A stretch of DNA of 64,000 bases, from contig OZ024752.1 in the NCBI GenBank assembly GCA_964016885.1, forward strand, positions 20,894,001 through 20,958,000. The letters are read 5' to 3'. The DNA comes from Eledone cirrhosa. Its lineage: Eukaryota. The first letter of the stretch is position 1. Each line of letters opens with the position of its first letter. The notes under the pieces were generated by a model. The model did not search any database. It was not told where the DNA came from and was given only the letters and a program-made list of their open reading frames with translations. The translations under genes and the position numbers were made by a program. Of this stretch, positions 43,249 through 58,272 are shown piece after piece.

Positions 43249-44132
43249 CAGGGTGCGGACGATATTTGTTCGCAAGTTTACTGTCTAGGAAAAAGTAACA
43301 CAGTAGTTTTATTTTTTAAGATTTATTTATCAAACTTGGGTCAGTTTGACTTCATGACTTGCTCTTTCGATCTCACTCGATAAAACTGCCATTTGCTTTG
43401 ATGACGGCCTCAAGGCGACCTCGGACCCGGCTACAGGTCTTCGTCGCTGTCCCCCGAATTAAGCCCCTAAAGGCACTTGTGATCCTGGCCTTCAGATCGT
43501 CTTTCGTATTGCAGCTAGATCTGTTGGTGTCTCATTCCCCATACAAAGAAGTCGAGGAGATTGCAGTCAGGCGAGCTGGGAGGCCAGATGTCAGGTAAAG
43601 TGTGGTCGACGAAGTTCTCTGACAGCCAGGCTTGGGTCTTTCGGCTGGTATGGCAGGGCACTGAATCTTGCTGCCACACGTACGGCCTACCTGCAGCTAC
43701 CTGGTCGATCCAGGGCTTTACTACCTCGCTCAGAACACGGATGTAGCCATCGGTGTTCAGCTTGAGGCCCTTAGGGAAGAAGTGAGGTGGCATGACGTCA
43801 CCTTGACTGCTGACGACACCTAAGACCAACCTTGTCGCAGGAAACTTTGTCTGCATGACTCTGGGCACGTCTTTGGATGAGACAGCGAGCCACCTTTTGT
43901 TCTGGGAGTTGATCTTCTGGCCTTATTTGTCCTCCCAGCGCGGATTCCAAGAAGAACTCCGTGTCTCTTCTGCAAATTTGGAGATTCAAAATTATTCATA
44001 ATCAATTATTTTGAAAATAAATAATGGAAATATAGTCACTGTTTTTATGAAGACAAGAGTGACAACGGAAGTTAAAAAAATTTGCATAAAATTAGCAGTT
44101 GAAAATTGCGAACAAATATCGTCCACACCCTG
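43249..44132 (-). mobile_element. Tc1/mariner maT-type (DD37D) DNA transposon, internally deleted
   Basis: TIRs CAGGGTGCGGACGATATTTGTTCGCAA / TTGCGAACAAATATCGTCCACACCCTG in (TA)n; transposase QQDSVPCH...WPPSSPDCNLLD with 37 residues between the last two catalytic Asp. Confidence 0.92.
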
Positions 44133-44143
44133 TATATATATAT

Positions 44144-44215
<72 letters not shown>

Positions 44216-44337
44216 ATATATATATATATATATATGTGTGTATATATATATATGTATACGTATATATATATGTATACGTATATATATATATGTATGTATA
44301 TGTATATGTATATGTATATATATATAAATGTGTATAT

Positions 44338-44371
<34 letters not shown>

Positions 44372-44510
44372 ATAAATGTGTATATATATGTGTATATGTA
44401 TATATATATATATATATGTATGTGTATATATATATATATGTATGTGTATACACATATATATATATGTATGTGTATATATATATATATATATGTGTATATA
44501 TGTATATATG

Positions 44511-44558
<48 letters not shown>

Positions 44559-44559
<1 letters not shown>

Positions 44560-45033
44560 CATCATCATCATCATCATCTCACGTCCGCTTTTCCCTGCTT
44601 GCAAGGGTTGGATGGGTCCTATTCAGCACAGCATCTCTCCACTTGTCACGGTCCTTCGTCATCTCCTTGGTGAGTTTCATCGATCTGAGGTCTGCTCTCA
44701 CCACCTCCACCCATGTTTCTCATGGTCTTCCTCTATTGTGATTTCTTGGCACTTCTTTACCCAGCGGTCATCCTCTATGCGCATCACATGTCCACACCAT
44801 CTCAGCATTCTCTCCTGCACACCACAACTTATCCCTCTCATACCCAGTTTCTTTCTCAACTCGTCTATGCTGGGTCGTTCACGCACATTGACATTGTACA
44901 TCCAACAGAGCATACTTGCTTCATTTCTCTCCAGCCGTTGCATATCGTCTGCAGTTGCTATCCATGTCTCACTACCATGCAGCATCGCGCATCTCACACA
45001 GGCATCATATAACCGTCCTTTCGTACGCAGGGA

Positions 45034-45035
<2 letters not shown>
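44559..45035 (-). mobile_element. 5'-truncated RTE 3' end
   Basis: [28 protein letters not shown]; (GAT)n tail; homologous to 41310-41783. Confidence 0.9.
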
Positions 45036-45099
<64 letters not shown>

Positions 45100-45234
45100 A
45101 TGTATATATATATGTCTGTATATGTATATATATATATATATATATGTATATGTATATATATATATGTATATGTATATATATATATGTATATGTATATATA
45201 TATATGTATATATATGTATATATGTATATATATG

Positions 45235-45265
<31 letters not shown>

Positions 45266-46115
45266 GTATATATGTATATGTATATATATGTATATATATG
45301 TATATATATGTATATGTATATTTGTATGTATATATAAATATGTATATATATATGCATATGTGTATATAAATATGTATATATATATGCATATGTGTATATA
45401 TATATGTATATATATATATTCATATGTGTATATATATATATATGTCTATATATATATATGTATGTATGTATATATATATATATATATATAAGTATGTGTA
45501 CGTACATACATATATGTATACAGACGTACAGTAGTATGTATATATATATACATACATGCACACATATATATATATGTATGTATGGATTCACCGAACATTT
45601 ATTATAATGCTCGGTTTGTTTGTAAACAAACATCCCGAATTAAGCCGTACAGTGTCTAGCAACCATCGTTGCAGGAAGGTACACGTTGCTGAAGATAGCT
45701 AATAAGCTTGATACTAGTACAGCGTTCATTTGTCAGTGTTGAACAAATGAGCAACGATGGTTGCCAGACACTGTACGGCTTAATTCGGTATGTTTGTTTA
45801 CAAACACACCGAGCATTATAATAAATGTTCAGTGAATCTCTACGTACATATATATATGTGTGCATGTATGTATATATATATATACATACTACTGTACGTC
45901 TGTATACATATATGTATGTACATATACATACTTATATTTAAGTAACAGCCGTACTAAGAGTGAGAAATCAAATATCGTTTCATTTTTTTCGTTTATCGTT
46001 TTCGGTGCTCCCGGCCGATTAACCCATTTGATATGCAAATTAGGCTGCTCAGCCGTTAATATGGAAAAGGAAAGTATATACTTTCAGACGTTCAATCATC
46101 TGGCAGGAAGGTATA

Positions 46116-46156
46116 CGTTGCTGACGATAGCTAATAATCTTGAAACTAGTACAGCG
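46116..46156 (+). ncRNA. Minimal type I hammerhead (array copy 2, stem II mismatch)
   Basis: CGTTG-CTGACGA-TAGCTAATAATCTT-GAAA-CTAG-TA-CAGCG. Confidence 0.75.
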
Positions 46157-46552
46157 TTCCTTTGTCAGTGTTGAACAAATGAGCAACGATGGTTGCCAGA
46201 CACTGTACGGCTTAATTCGGGATGTTTGATTACAAACAAACCGAGCATTATAATAAATGTTCGGTGAATCCATACGTACATATATATATGTGTGCATGTT
46301 TGTATATATATATATATATATACATAACACTGTACGTCTGTATACATATATGTATGTACGTATACATACTTATATTTAAGTAACAGCCGTACTAAGAGTG
46401 AGAAATGAAATTTCGTTTCATTTTTTCCGTTTATCGTTTTCGGTACCCCGGCCGATTAACTCACTCGATATGCAAATTAGGCTGCTCAGCCGTTAATATG
46501 CATAAGGAAAGTATATACTTTCAGACGTTCAATCATCTGGCAGGAAGGTATA

Positions 46553-46593
46553 CGTTGCTGACGATAGCTAATAAGCTTGAAACTAGTATAGCG
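46553..46593 (+). ncRNA. Minimal type I hammerhead (array copy 3)
   Basis: CGTTG-CTGACGA-TAGCTAATAAGCTT-GAAA-CTAG-TA-TAGCG. Confidence 0.85.
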
Positions 46594-46980
46594 TTCCTTT
46601 GTCAGTGTTGAACAAATGAGCAACGATGGTTGCTAGACACTGTACGGCTTAATTCGGGATGTTTGTTTACAAACACACCGAGTATTATAATAAATGTTCG
46701 ATGAATCCATACGTACATATATATATGTGTGCATGTATTTATATATATATACATACTACTGTACGACTGTATACATATATGTATGTACGTATACATACTT
46801 ATATTTAAGTAAAGCCGTACTAAGAGTGAGAAAACAAATTTCGTTTCATTTTTTCCGTTTATCGTTTTTGGTACCCCGGCCGATTAACTCACTCGATATG
46901 CAAATTAGGCTGCTCAGCCGTTAATATGCATACGGAAAGTATATACCTTCAGACATTCAATCATCTGTCAGGAAGGTATA

Positions 46981-47021
46981 CGTTGCTGATGATAGCTAAT
47001 AAGCTTGAAACTAGTACAGCG
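46981..47021 (+). ncRNA. Minimal type I hammerhead (array copy 4)
   Basis: CGTTG-CTGATGA-TAGCTAATAAGCTT-GAAA-CTAG-TA-CAGCG. Confidence 0.88.
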
Positions 47022-47419
47022 TTCCTTTGTCAGTGTTGAACAAATGTGCAACGATGGTTGCCAGACACTGTACGGCTTCATTCGGGATGTTTGTTTACAA
47101 AAACACCGAGCATTATAATAAATGTTCGGTGAATCCATACGTACATATATATATGTGTGCATGTATGTATATATATATATATATATATACATACTACTGT
47201 ACGTCTGTATACATATATGTATGTACGTATACATACTTATATTTAAGTAACAGCCGTACTAAGAGTGAGAAATGAAATTTCGTTTCATTTTTTCCGTTTA
47301 TCGTTTTCGGTACCCCGGCCGATCAACTCACTCTATATGCAAATCAGGCTGCTCAGCCGTTAATATGCATAAGGAAAGTATATACTTTCAGAAGTTCAAT
47401 CATCTGGCAGGAAGGTATA

Positions 47420-47460
47420 CGTTGCTGACGATAGCTAATAAGCTTGAAACTAGTATAGCA
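47420..47460 (+). ncRNA. Minimal type I hammerhead (array copy 5)
   Basis: CGTTG-CTGACGA-TAGCTAATAAGCTT-GAAA-CTAG-TA-TAGCA. Confidence 0.82.
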
Positions 47461-47954
47461 TTCCTTTGTCAGTGTTGAACAAATGAGCAACGATGGTTGC
47501 TAGACACTGTACGGCTTCATTCGGGATGTTTGTTTACAAACACAGCCAGCATTATAATAAATGTCCGGTGAATCCATACGTACATATATATATATGTGTG
47601 CATGTATGTATATATATATATATACATACTACTGTACGTCTGTATACATATATGTATGTACGTATACATACTTATATTTAAGTAACAGCCGTACTAAGAG
47701 TGAGAAATCAAATTTCGTTTCATTTTTTCCGTTTATCGCTTTCGGTACCCCGGCCGATCAACTCACTCGATATGCAAATTAGGCTGCTCAGCCGTTAATA
47801 TGCATAAGGAAAGTATATACTTTCAGAAGTTCAACCATCTGGCAGGAAGGTATACGTTGCTGACGTTAGCTAATATTTTTTTAAACTAGTACAGCGTTCA
47901 TACTTATATTTAAGTAACAGCCGTACTTATATATATACATATATAAATATATAT

Positions 47955-48008
<54 letters not shown>

Positions 48009-48010
<2 letters not shown>

Positions 48011-48682
48011 GGAGGGTCATATTTGTGTAATATTGCCAGAATTAATAACAGAACAAACTCACTGTTTGTTTGGTTTTCGCTTTTCGCTTCTGTGTCATTT
48101 ATATCGGTTAATTTAATTTATTCGGTCCTCAATGTTGCCATTGATTGACCAACGGTCACAAATACAGACACAATATAGACACAAATACATATATATAGTT
48201 TATGAAAGTTCTTTCGTTGCACATCTGCAACATCAGTGGTGCTATTGTTTCCTCCCGTTGCATTGTATTTTCTATGCCATCTTTATTTACTCTGTTTATA
48301 TATTTATTTATTTATTTATTTTATTTTGTCTTCTCTGCGCATGCGTTTGCGTGTGTGTATAGTGTTTTGTTTGATTTGTGTTCGTGATTGGGCGACTGTG
48401 TATTGGTTAATGTATTCTATCTTTACTAGTGTGTGTTTATATGTGTTTGTTGTTATTGTGCTTGTGTATGTATTTATTTATTTATTTATCTATTTATTTA
48501 TTTATACTTCTCTTAGGTCAGTGTTGTTTGTTTGGGTGTTGTTATTCCATTCATTGTTTCTGTTTAGCCTTGGCCTTCTAAGTTCTATTTCACTGGCCTC
48601 TCTGATTTGCCAAACAGTGACTGCGTTCTGTTATTAATTCTGGCAATATTACACAAATATGACCCTCTACAAGTATAACAAT
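48009..48682. mobile_element. ~670-bp non-coding element with ~55-bp near-terminal inverted repeats, inserted in (TA)n
   Basis: GAGGGTCATATTTGTGTAATATTGCCAGAATTAATAACAGAAC and its reverse complement at 48625-48667; similar end (ATGACCCTC..AAGTATAACAA) at ~55805-55828. Confidence 0.7.
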
Positions 48683-48692
48683 ATATATATAT

Positions 48693-48738
<46 letters not shown>

Positions 48739-48777
48739 TTTTATATATATATACATATATTTATATATATATACATA

Positions 48778-48825
<48 letters not shown>

Positions 48826-48828
<3 letters not shown>

Positions 48829-49435
48829 TGGCTGCCAACTCGTTTTCGAGTACGGCAACTACTTTATATCCATGTAGGAGAACTCCTACCGATGCGACGA
48901 ACGAGTGTGACTTTTTAGTCCAGCCAGCGACTTGAAGACTCTGGTACAAACACTACACTTGTGACAATTATTGACATATAGTGCTGGGCCCTTGGTACCA
49001 TGTGACGACAAGTGCAGAGAGATCTCCAAATATAAAGCAATGCATGTGCCGTGAAGCTTTTATAGTGAGCAAAGGCACTGCACAAAGCCAGTCCCACTCT
49101 CTTAACCAAGATGATATTTACCAAAAAGAAGAACATGTCAACATCATTGGATACCATCAGAGCTGCAGGTACTATATCAGAGCCCTCCTTCTCCTAGAAT
49201 TCTGCCTTGACAAAGGCTAAGGGGCCATCTCTCCCGGTGATTTTGGATGGCCATTGACTCTTAAGAGCTCCTTTGCCCTTTGGCAGGTTTTGTTTTTAGT
49301 CCTGCAGGATGTCCAAAGTCACCCTCCTCACCAAGAAACCTTGGTGGTGTTGCCAGTTTAGTCGCCAACGACCCGACCATGAGACACGTTGTACTGGGAT
49401 ACATGTTACCATTAGCACCAACTGGTTTCCTGACA
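48826..49435 (-). mobile_element. Probable solo LTR (copy 2)
   Basis: Reverse complement of 32058-32667; TG..CA ends; microsatellite flanks. Confidence 0.6.
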
Positions 49436-50267
<832 letters not shown>

Positions 50268-50271
<4 letters not shown>

Positions 50272-50668
50272 TTAGTGGTTAGAGCATTGGCCTTGCAATC
50301 GAAAGGTTGTGAGTTCAATTCTCAGACTGGGTGATGTGCTGTTTCCTTGAGCAAGACACTTTATTTCATATTGCTCCAGTTTACTCAGCTGTAGAAATGA
50401 GATGATAGGACTGGGGTCCATATCATTCCACTGCAAAGTGGTCGTGGAGGTGCCACGGCAAAAAAGCACCCAGCACTCACTGTAAATGAGGTTCGTGTTA
50501 GGAAGGGCATCCAGCTGTAAAAATCAAGCCAAAAAGTGGAAGAAAACCTGCCAGACAGTCCTATGCGAGCAAGACAATCACTCTTGCCTCAAGTGGGACT
50601 ACCCCCGTCCAAACCCATGCAAGCGTGGAACACGGACGTTAAACGTTGATGATGATGATGATGATGAT
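50268..50668 (+). mobile_element. tRNA-derived SINE with RTE-like (GAT)n tail
   Basis: A box TGGCTTAGTGG, B box GAGTTCAATTC, tail GGACGTTAAACG..(GAT)n similar to the RTE 3' end. Confidence 0.88.
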
Positions 50669-50674
50669 ATATAT

Positions 50675-51101
50675 ATATCATAAAACATGTCTATAGAATC
50701 ACAAGATAAAATATATACTATTTCCTCTCCCAATTAGCATAATTAACTATATAAAAAATCGAATAGACCAGGCTATAAGAATGAGGCTTCTATGAAGAAA
50801 TCTCCGACAAATAACCGAAACTAAGCGCTTCTAATGTATTCTATTTTCTCCTAGTTTATTTTACACCTAATTCTGTTTAGTTGACTATATCTGGGCGATT
50901 ACGCTGTCGAAATATTCGATAAATATTCCGCTGCGGCCGACGCGAAGCGCTAGTTTCGGTTATTTGTCGGAGATTTCTTCATAGAACCCCCATTCTTATA
51001 GCCTGGTCTATTCGATTTTTTATATAGTTAATTATGCTAATTGGGAGAGGAAATAGTATATATTTTATCTTGTGATTCTATAGACATGTTTTATGATATA
51101 T
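50675..51101. repeat. ~155-bp near-perfect inverted repeat with ~113-bp spacer (foldback element)
   Basis: 50675-50830 matches the reverse complement of 50944-51101. Confidence 0.9.
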
Positions 51102-51200
51102 AGCTCTGATTGTTTAATTTATTAATTTTTCATTGAGCCACAAAGTGACCAGTTGCAAAACACGTATATGTATATGTATGTATATATATATGTAAACTTT

Positions 51201-51382
<182 letters not shown>

Positions 51383-51389
51383 TATATAC

Positions 51390-51498
<109 letters not shown>

Positions 51499-51551
51499 CA
51501 TACACATATATATATATATATACATACATATATATATACATACATATATAT

Positions 51552-51608
<57 letters not shown>

Positions 51609-51617
51609 CATATATAT

Positions 51618-51748
<131 letters not shown>

Positions 51749-51769
51749 CATACATATATATATACATAC

Positions 51770-51880
<111 letters not shown>

Positions 51881-51884
51881 CAGG

Positions 51885-52843
51885 TATTGAAGTTTCCGTT
51901 GAAAATTGAAAAAGTCATAGGAGTGAAGAATGCTCTATGTAAGTTACAGAGCTATATTTAATGTATAATAAACAATACAATATAATTACCTCATTACCAG
52001 ATGTTTTCCGAATAAGACGAATACAAGAAACGTCCTCATTCGTTCGTCAGACAAGGCAATTTAAAACATAGTGAAATATTTGAAAAAATCTCCCGAAGAA
52101 AGGCAAAAGTTTAACGGGAAAAAAAAATATAAATAAAAGTAATGCAAGAGATATATAAAAATAAAATAAGGAAATATAGTAAGGGTATGTGTATAAATGT
52201 GTGTATATGCACCTACAAATGTACATATCTGTGTATGTACAAATGCATGTGTATAGTGAAAAAATGTGTTCGTAAGTACATACATGAGGGCAAGCATATC
52301 AGTGTATGTGTGACCACAAATACGTATATAATATATGTTGAAAAAGGAAATTGTAAGATAATAGAGTTAGCGTACATACAGACTCAGGGACTAAGGATTG
52401 AAATATATACACATACAAGTATGAAAGCAATCGTATAAACACACACACGCGCGCAACCACATACATGCATGTGATATATACGGGGAAGGGAGTGTATCAG
52501 GCAAAGCAGTGTCAGGCTGAAGGTCGATAGATATAAAAATATAAAATATGAAAATGAAAAAATGAAAAAATATATGAGAATAAAAAAATTAAATCAAAGA
52601 GAAAGTAAGAGGGAGGTGTTATCAATTATAAAGTAACACTAGAAAAAATAGAAAACATAAAGAGGTTCGTTCTCACACATATATATATATAAATACGTAC
52701 AGACAAAAGCACATACATGTGTACATACGTACAAAAGCGCGCATACATACACACGAAGCATCTATATATATATACATATACATCTAATCACACGCACCCG
52801 ACCATATATATATATATACATATATATATATACATATATATAT

Positions 52844-52896
<53 letters not shown>

Positions 52897-54470
52897 CACA
52901 CACACACACACATATATATAAGTATGTAAAAAACAGATATAAAAACACACATACACACACACATACACATACACGCGCACATACGAATGCATTCGTATAC
53001 ATATACAAACACGTATACACGCATATACAAACACGTATACACACATATGCACACTTACACGCATACATACAATATAAAAACCAGCCGTATGAATACATGA
53101 GTACAAATTATACGCAAGTAAACATGCATAAAAGCGGCCGAGGGACAACAGAATATATCTGGAGTTAAAAACGCAAGTGACATGTATTATCAGGTAGTGA
53201 AAGAAAAGGGGGAAGTAAAATATGTAAAATTGTGAAGATATAAAGTAAGTGAATCAAAAAGCAGGGGTGGGGTGGGGTGGGGGGGTCACTGGAGGATGTG
53301 AAGTAAAAATAAAGTTAAAAATAAAAATAAAAGAAAATCAGAAAGAGAAGTCTGTAAAGAAGGTAAGTTAAGGAAAGTGAAGAACAAGAGTTTATGGAGG
53401 ATAAGTATCTGAAAGTGAGTTAAGTTTATATGAGCTGGAAAGCAAGTGTGATTTCATGTGTGGGCAACTGGTGAAAATTTCTGTTTTTGCATTTAGGCAT
53501 GTTTTTGGTGATTTAGGTTCTGTAAAATTCAATAATTTTCACTTATGCAGAGTGCGCATCTTCTTGTTCCTCTTGCATATTCTTTAGATTGGTTCAAAAT
53601 TGACCAATCTAATTTATATTGGATACCTTGGTCTTTCAAATCCCATATTCTGCTAGCCAGAGCTGTTGTAAATCTTTTTTCAGGATGTCGACATGTGAGT
53701 AATAACGCATTTTGAATTTGTCTTGTGTCATACCCACATATCGTTCGCTGATGGCTAGTGTTTGTCACTTTAGCAGCATATACAATGGCTTTGGTGTTGC
53801 ATTTACCTTGTAATGTGCATTCACTTTTGACTCTACAGGAGCAATTTTGATGTTCTCTGGGTATTTTCTTATTGAGGATATAAGATTTAATAGGGGGACC
53901 GCAGGAGTAGCTGATTTTGACACTATAAGATCTTCAATAGAAACTGTATCTATGTGTTCTAGGGAAATGTTTATCTAAGAGCTCTAGGAATTTTTTGCCT
54001 ACATTAGTTTTAACTGCTAACGAGAAGAGGGGTGTGAACCAGATTATTTTTCTTTTCCTATTATTATGTTTAAAGGAGTTAGTATTGTTGGGTATGTACT
54101 TAATCGGTTCGCTAAATCCGCTATTTTGAAGGGCTTTATTATAGTTATTATAGTAGGGGGGATGCCTTATTGAAAATAGCTTCTGAGGAAGAGAGGGTGG
54201 AGATCCTACGGTTAATATTAGGGATAAAATTTTAAAAAACTATAGGAGGATGGCAAGAGCCTTTATTTATATATTTTAAATTTTCATTAGGTTTATGGTA
54301 CGGTTTATAAGAAGCAGTAGGCAGATCTAGGTTTATATCTAGAAAATTAACATTAGAAAGGTTAGATTAAAACTAGCGAAGGTTTTTATTAAGTCTTTCC
54401 TGAATCTATCTAAGTTATGGCCTATAGTGGTGTGGGGAAAGTATTAGACCATCGTCGCGATAAAGCCCCA
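51885..54470 (-). mobile_element. 5'-truncated Penelope-like retroelement (RT C-terminal part + GIY-YIG endonuclease, degraded) with 3' UTR
   Basis: GLYRDDGL at ~54445-54468; IIWFTPLFSLAVKTNVGKKFL; CSCRVKSECTLQGKC; LASRIWDLK; CALCISE; hammerhead at 3' end. Confidence 0.88.
51989..52056 (-). ncRNA. Degenerate type I hammerhead at the Penelope 3' end
   Basis: CCTTGT-CTGACGA-A-CGAATGAGGACG..CGTCTTATTCG-GAAA-ACATCTGG-TA-ATGAGG; stems I and II pair. Confidence 0.65.
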
Positions 54471-55053
54471 AACCGTTGGGCTTTATCGCGACGAAGGTCT
54501 AAGACTGTTATAAGGAGCGAAATAACAGCCTTTCCTCTCTCTCTGTTTGGTTGAGCACACTTCTCTGAGTGGTTTTGGGCTGCCCTTTCTAGCAGCTCAT
54601 CCCAGGGAGGCCACTGGTTCAGTGCCCTTAAACACGCTGTGACTTCTCTCTCCCACGTGTAGCTGGACAGTCACTTTAAAATCCTCTTAGTATTGTCTGA
54701 AATGTATAGCCTTACACATGCTAACGAACCGGGGTTATTTCATTTCTGTCAACAACTTACTGGCGAAACAGATCTCTTTGGATTTGTACGTGTGTTATAT
54801 AGTTATAGATGTATTTATTTACGCTTTAATTATCGTATTTCTACTCTGCCTTTCATAGGTTATAGATTCCATACACTGGTGGTTTTTCCCTGTTTTATTG
54901 ATAGCGCACTGTATCTCTCTCTACTGTGTTAACTTTTCAGCATATTGTATTTTATGTATATATATATGTATATATGTAGATATATATATGTAGATATATA
55001 TGTATATATATATATGTATATATATATGTATATATATATGTATATGTATATGT

Positions 55054-55099
<46 letters not shown>

Positions 55100-55162
55100 G
55101 TATATATATGTATATAAATATGTATATATATATATGTTTATATATATGTATATATATATATG

Positions 55163-55193
<31 letters not shown>

Positions 55194-55431
55194 GTAGATA
55201 TATATATATGCATAAATTTAAGTAAGTAAGTAAAAAATTTTTAAAAAATTTTTTTAAAAAATATTTTCTTATTTTACGTCTTTTATATATATATATGTAT
55301 ATATATATATGTATATATATGTATATATATATATATATGTATATATATATGTATGTATATATGAATATATATATATGTATATATATATATATGAATATAT
55401 ATATATGTATATATATATATGTATATATATG

Positions 55432-55463
<32 letters not shown>

Positions 55464-55550
55464 CATATATATACATATATATACATATACATATATATAT
55501 ACATATATATATACATATATATATATACATATATATATACATATATATAC

Positions 55551-55583
<33 letters not shown>

Positions 55584-55606
55584 CATATATATATACATAT
55601 ATATAC

Positions 55607-55637
<31 letters not shown>

Positions 55638-55881
55638 CATATATATATACATATATATATATATATACATATATATATACATATATATATATACATATAT
55701 ATACATATATGTGGAACCAACCAACCAACCAGAAATTTATAAATTTATAAATATATAATAAATTGAAGTGAAAGCAACTGGTGCGTGTGTTTCTTATTGG
55801 CAACATGACCCTCCCAAAGTATAACAATATATATATATATATGTATGTATATATATATGTATAAATATATGTATATATATG

Positions 55882-55932
<51 letters not shown>

Positions 55933-55971
55933 GTATATATATATGTATGTATATATATATGTGTATATATA

Positions 55972-56679
<708 letters not shown>

Positions 56680-56773
56680 GATAGATAAATATACACGGGT
56701 GTGAATGATTGTGTATATAAGATTATATCAATAAGAGGAATTCCAACTTTGTCTTGACTGTCACCACATATCA

Positions 56774-56812
56774 TGAACCTGAAGATTGCGAAAGCATGAA
56801 AGTACTTGTTCA
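56774..56812 (+). ncRNA. Minimal type I hammerhead in a ~240-bp element (56690-56930) with a 28-bp inverted repeat
   Basis: TGAAC-CTGAAGA-T TGC GAAA GCA T-GAAA-GTAC-TT-GTTCA: perfect stem I, GNRA-capped stem II, palindromic stem III. Confidence 0.85.
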
Positions 56813-57024
56813 ATTAACACTTAGAATTTAATATTCTATAATACTATTTCATTATAATACCATTATAAATTTTAAAGGATTGTACATAAAACGAGTAAAT
56901 CAGACAAAGTTGGAATTCCTCTTATTAATATATATATATATATGTAGATATATATGTAGATATATATATATATATATGTAGATATATATATGTAGATATA
57001 TATATATATGTGTAGATATATATG

Positions 57025-57890
<866 letters not shown>

Positions 57891-58033
57891 GTGTGTAGAT
57901 ATATATAAGTATGTATATATATATATGTATATATATATATGTGTGTGTAGATATATATAAGTATGTATATATATATATGTATATATGTATGTGTGTATAT
58001 ATATATATGTGTATATATATATATGTATATATT

Positions 58034-58266
<233 letters not shown>

Positions 58267-58272
58267 ATATAT

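Larger units (their letters stand above)
45488..47930 (+). mobile_element. Retrozyme-like tandem array of ~434-bp units, each with a hammerhead, preceded by an inverted partial unit (45488-45672)
   Basis: Hammerhead cores at 45689, 46121, 46558, 46986, 47425 and 47860 (spacing 428-439 bp); no credible ORF; (TA)n on both sides. Confidence 0.85.

Noticed and set aside
50268-50340. tRNA gene
   Set aside because: A/B boxes run into a SINE body and tail, and no complete cloverleaf is evident
50785-50830. Hammerhead-like ATGAAGA...CGAAACTA in the 155-bp inverted repeat
   Set aside because: C3 is missing and stem II does not pair; at best a heavily decayed relic
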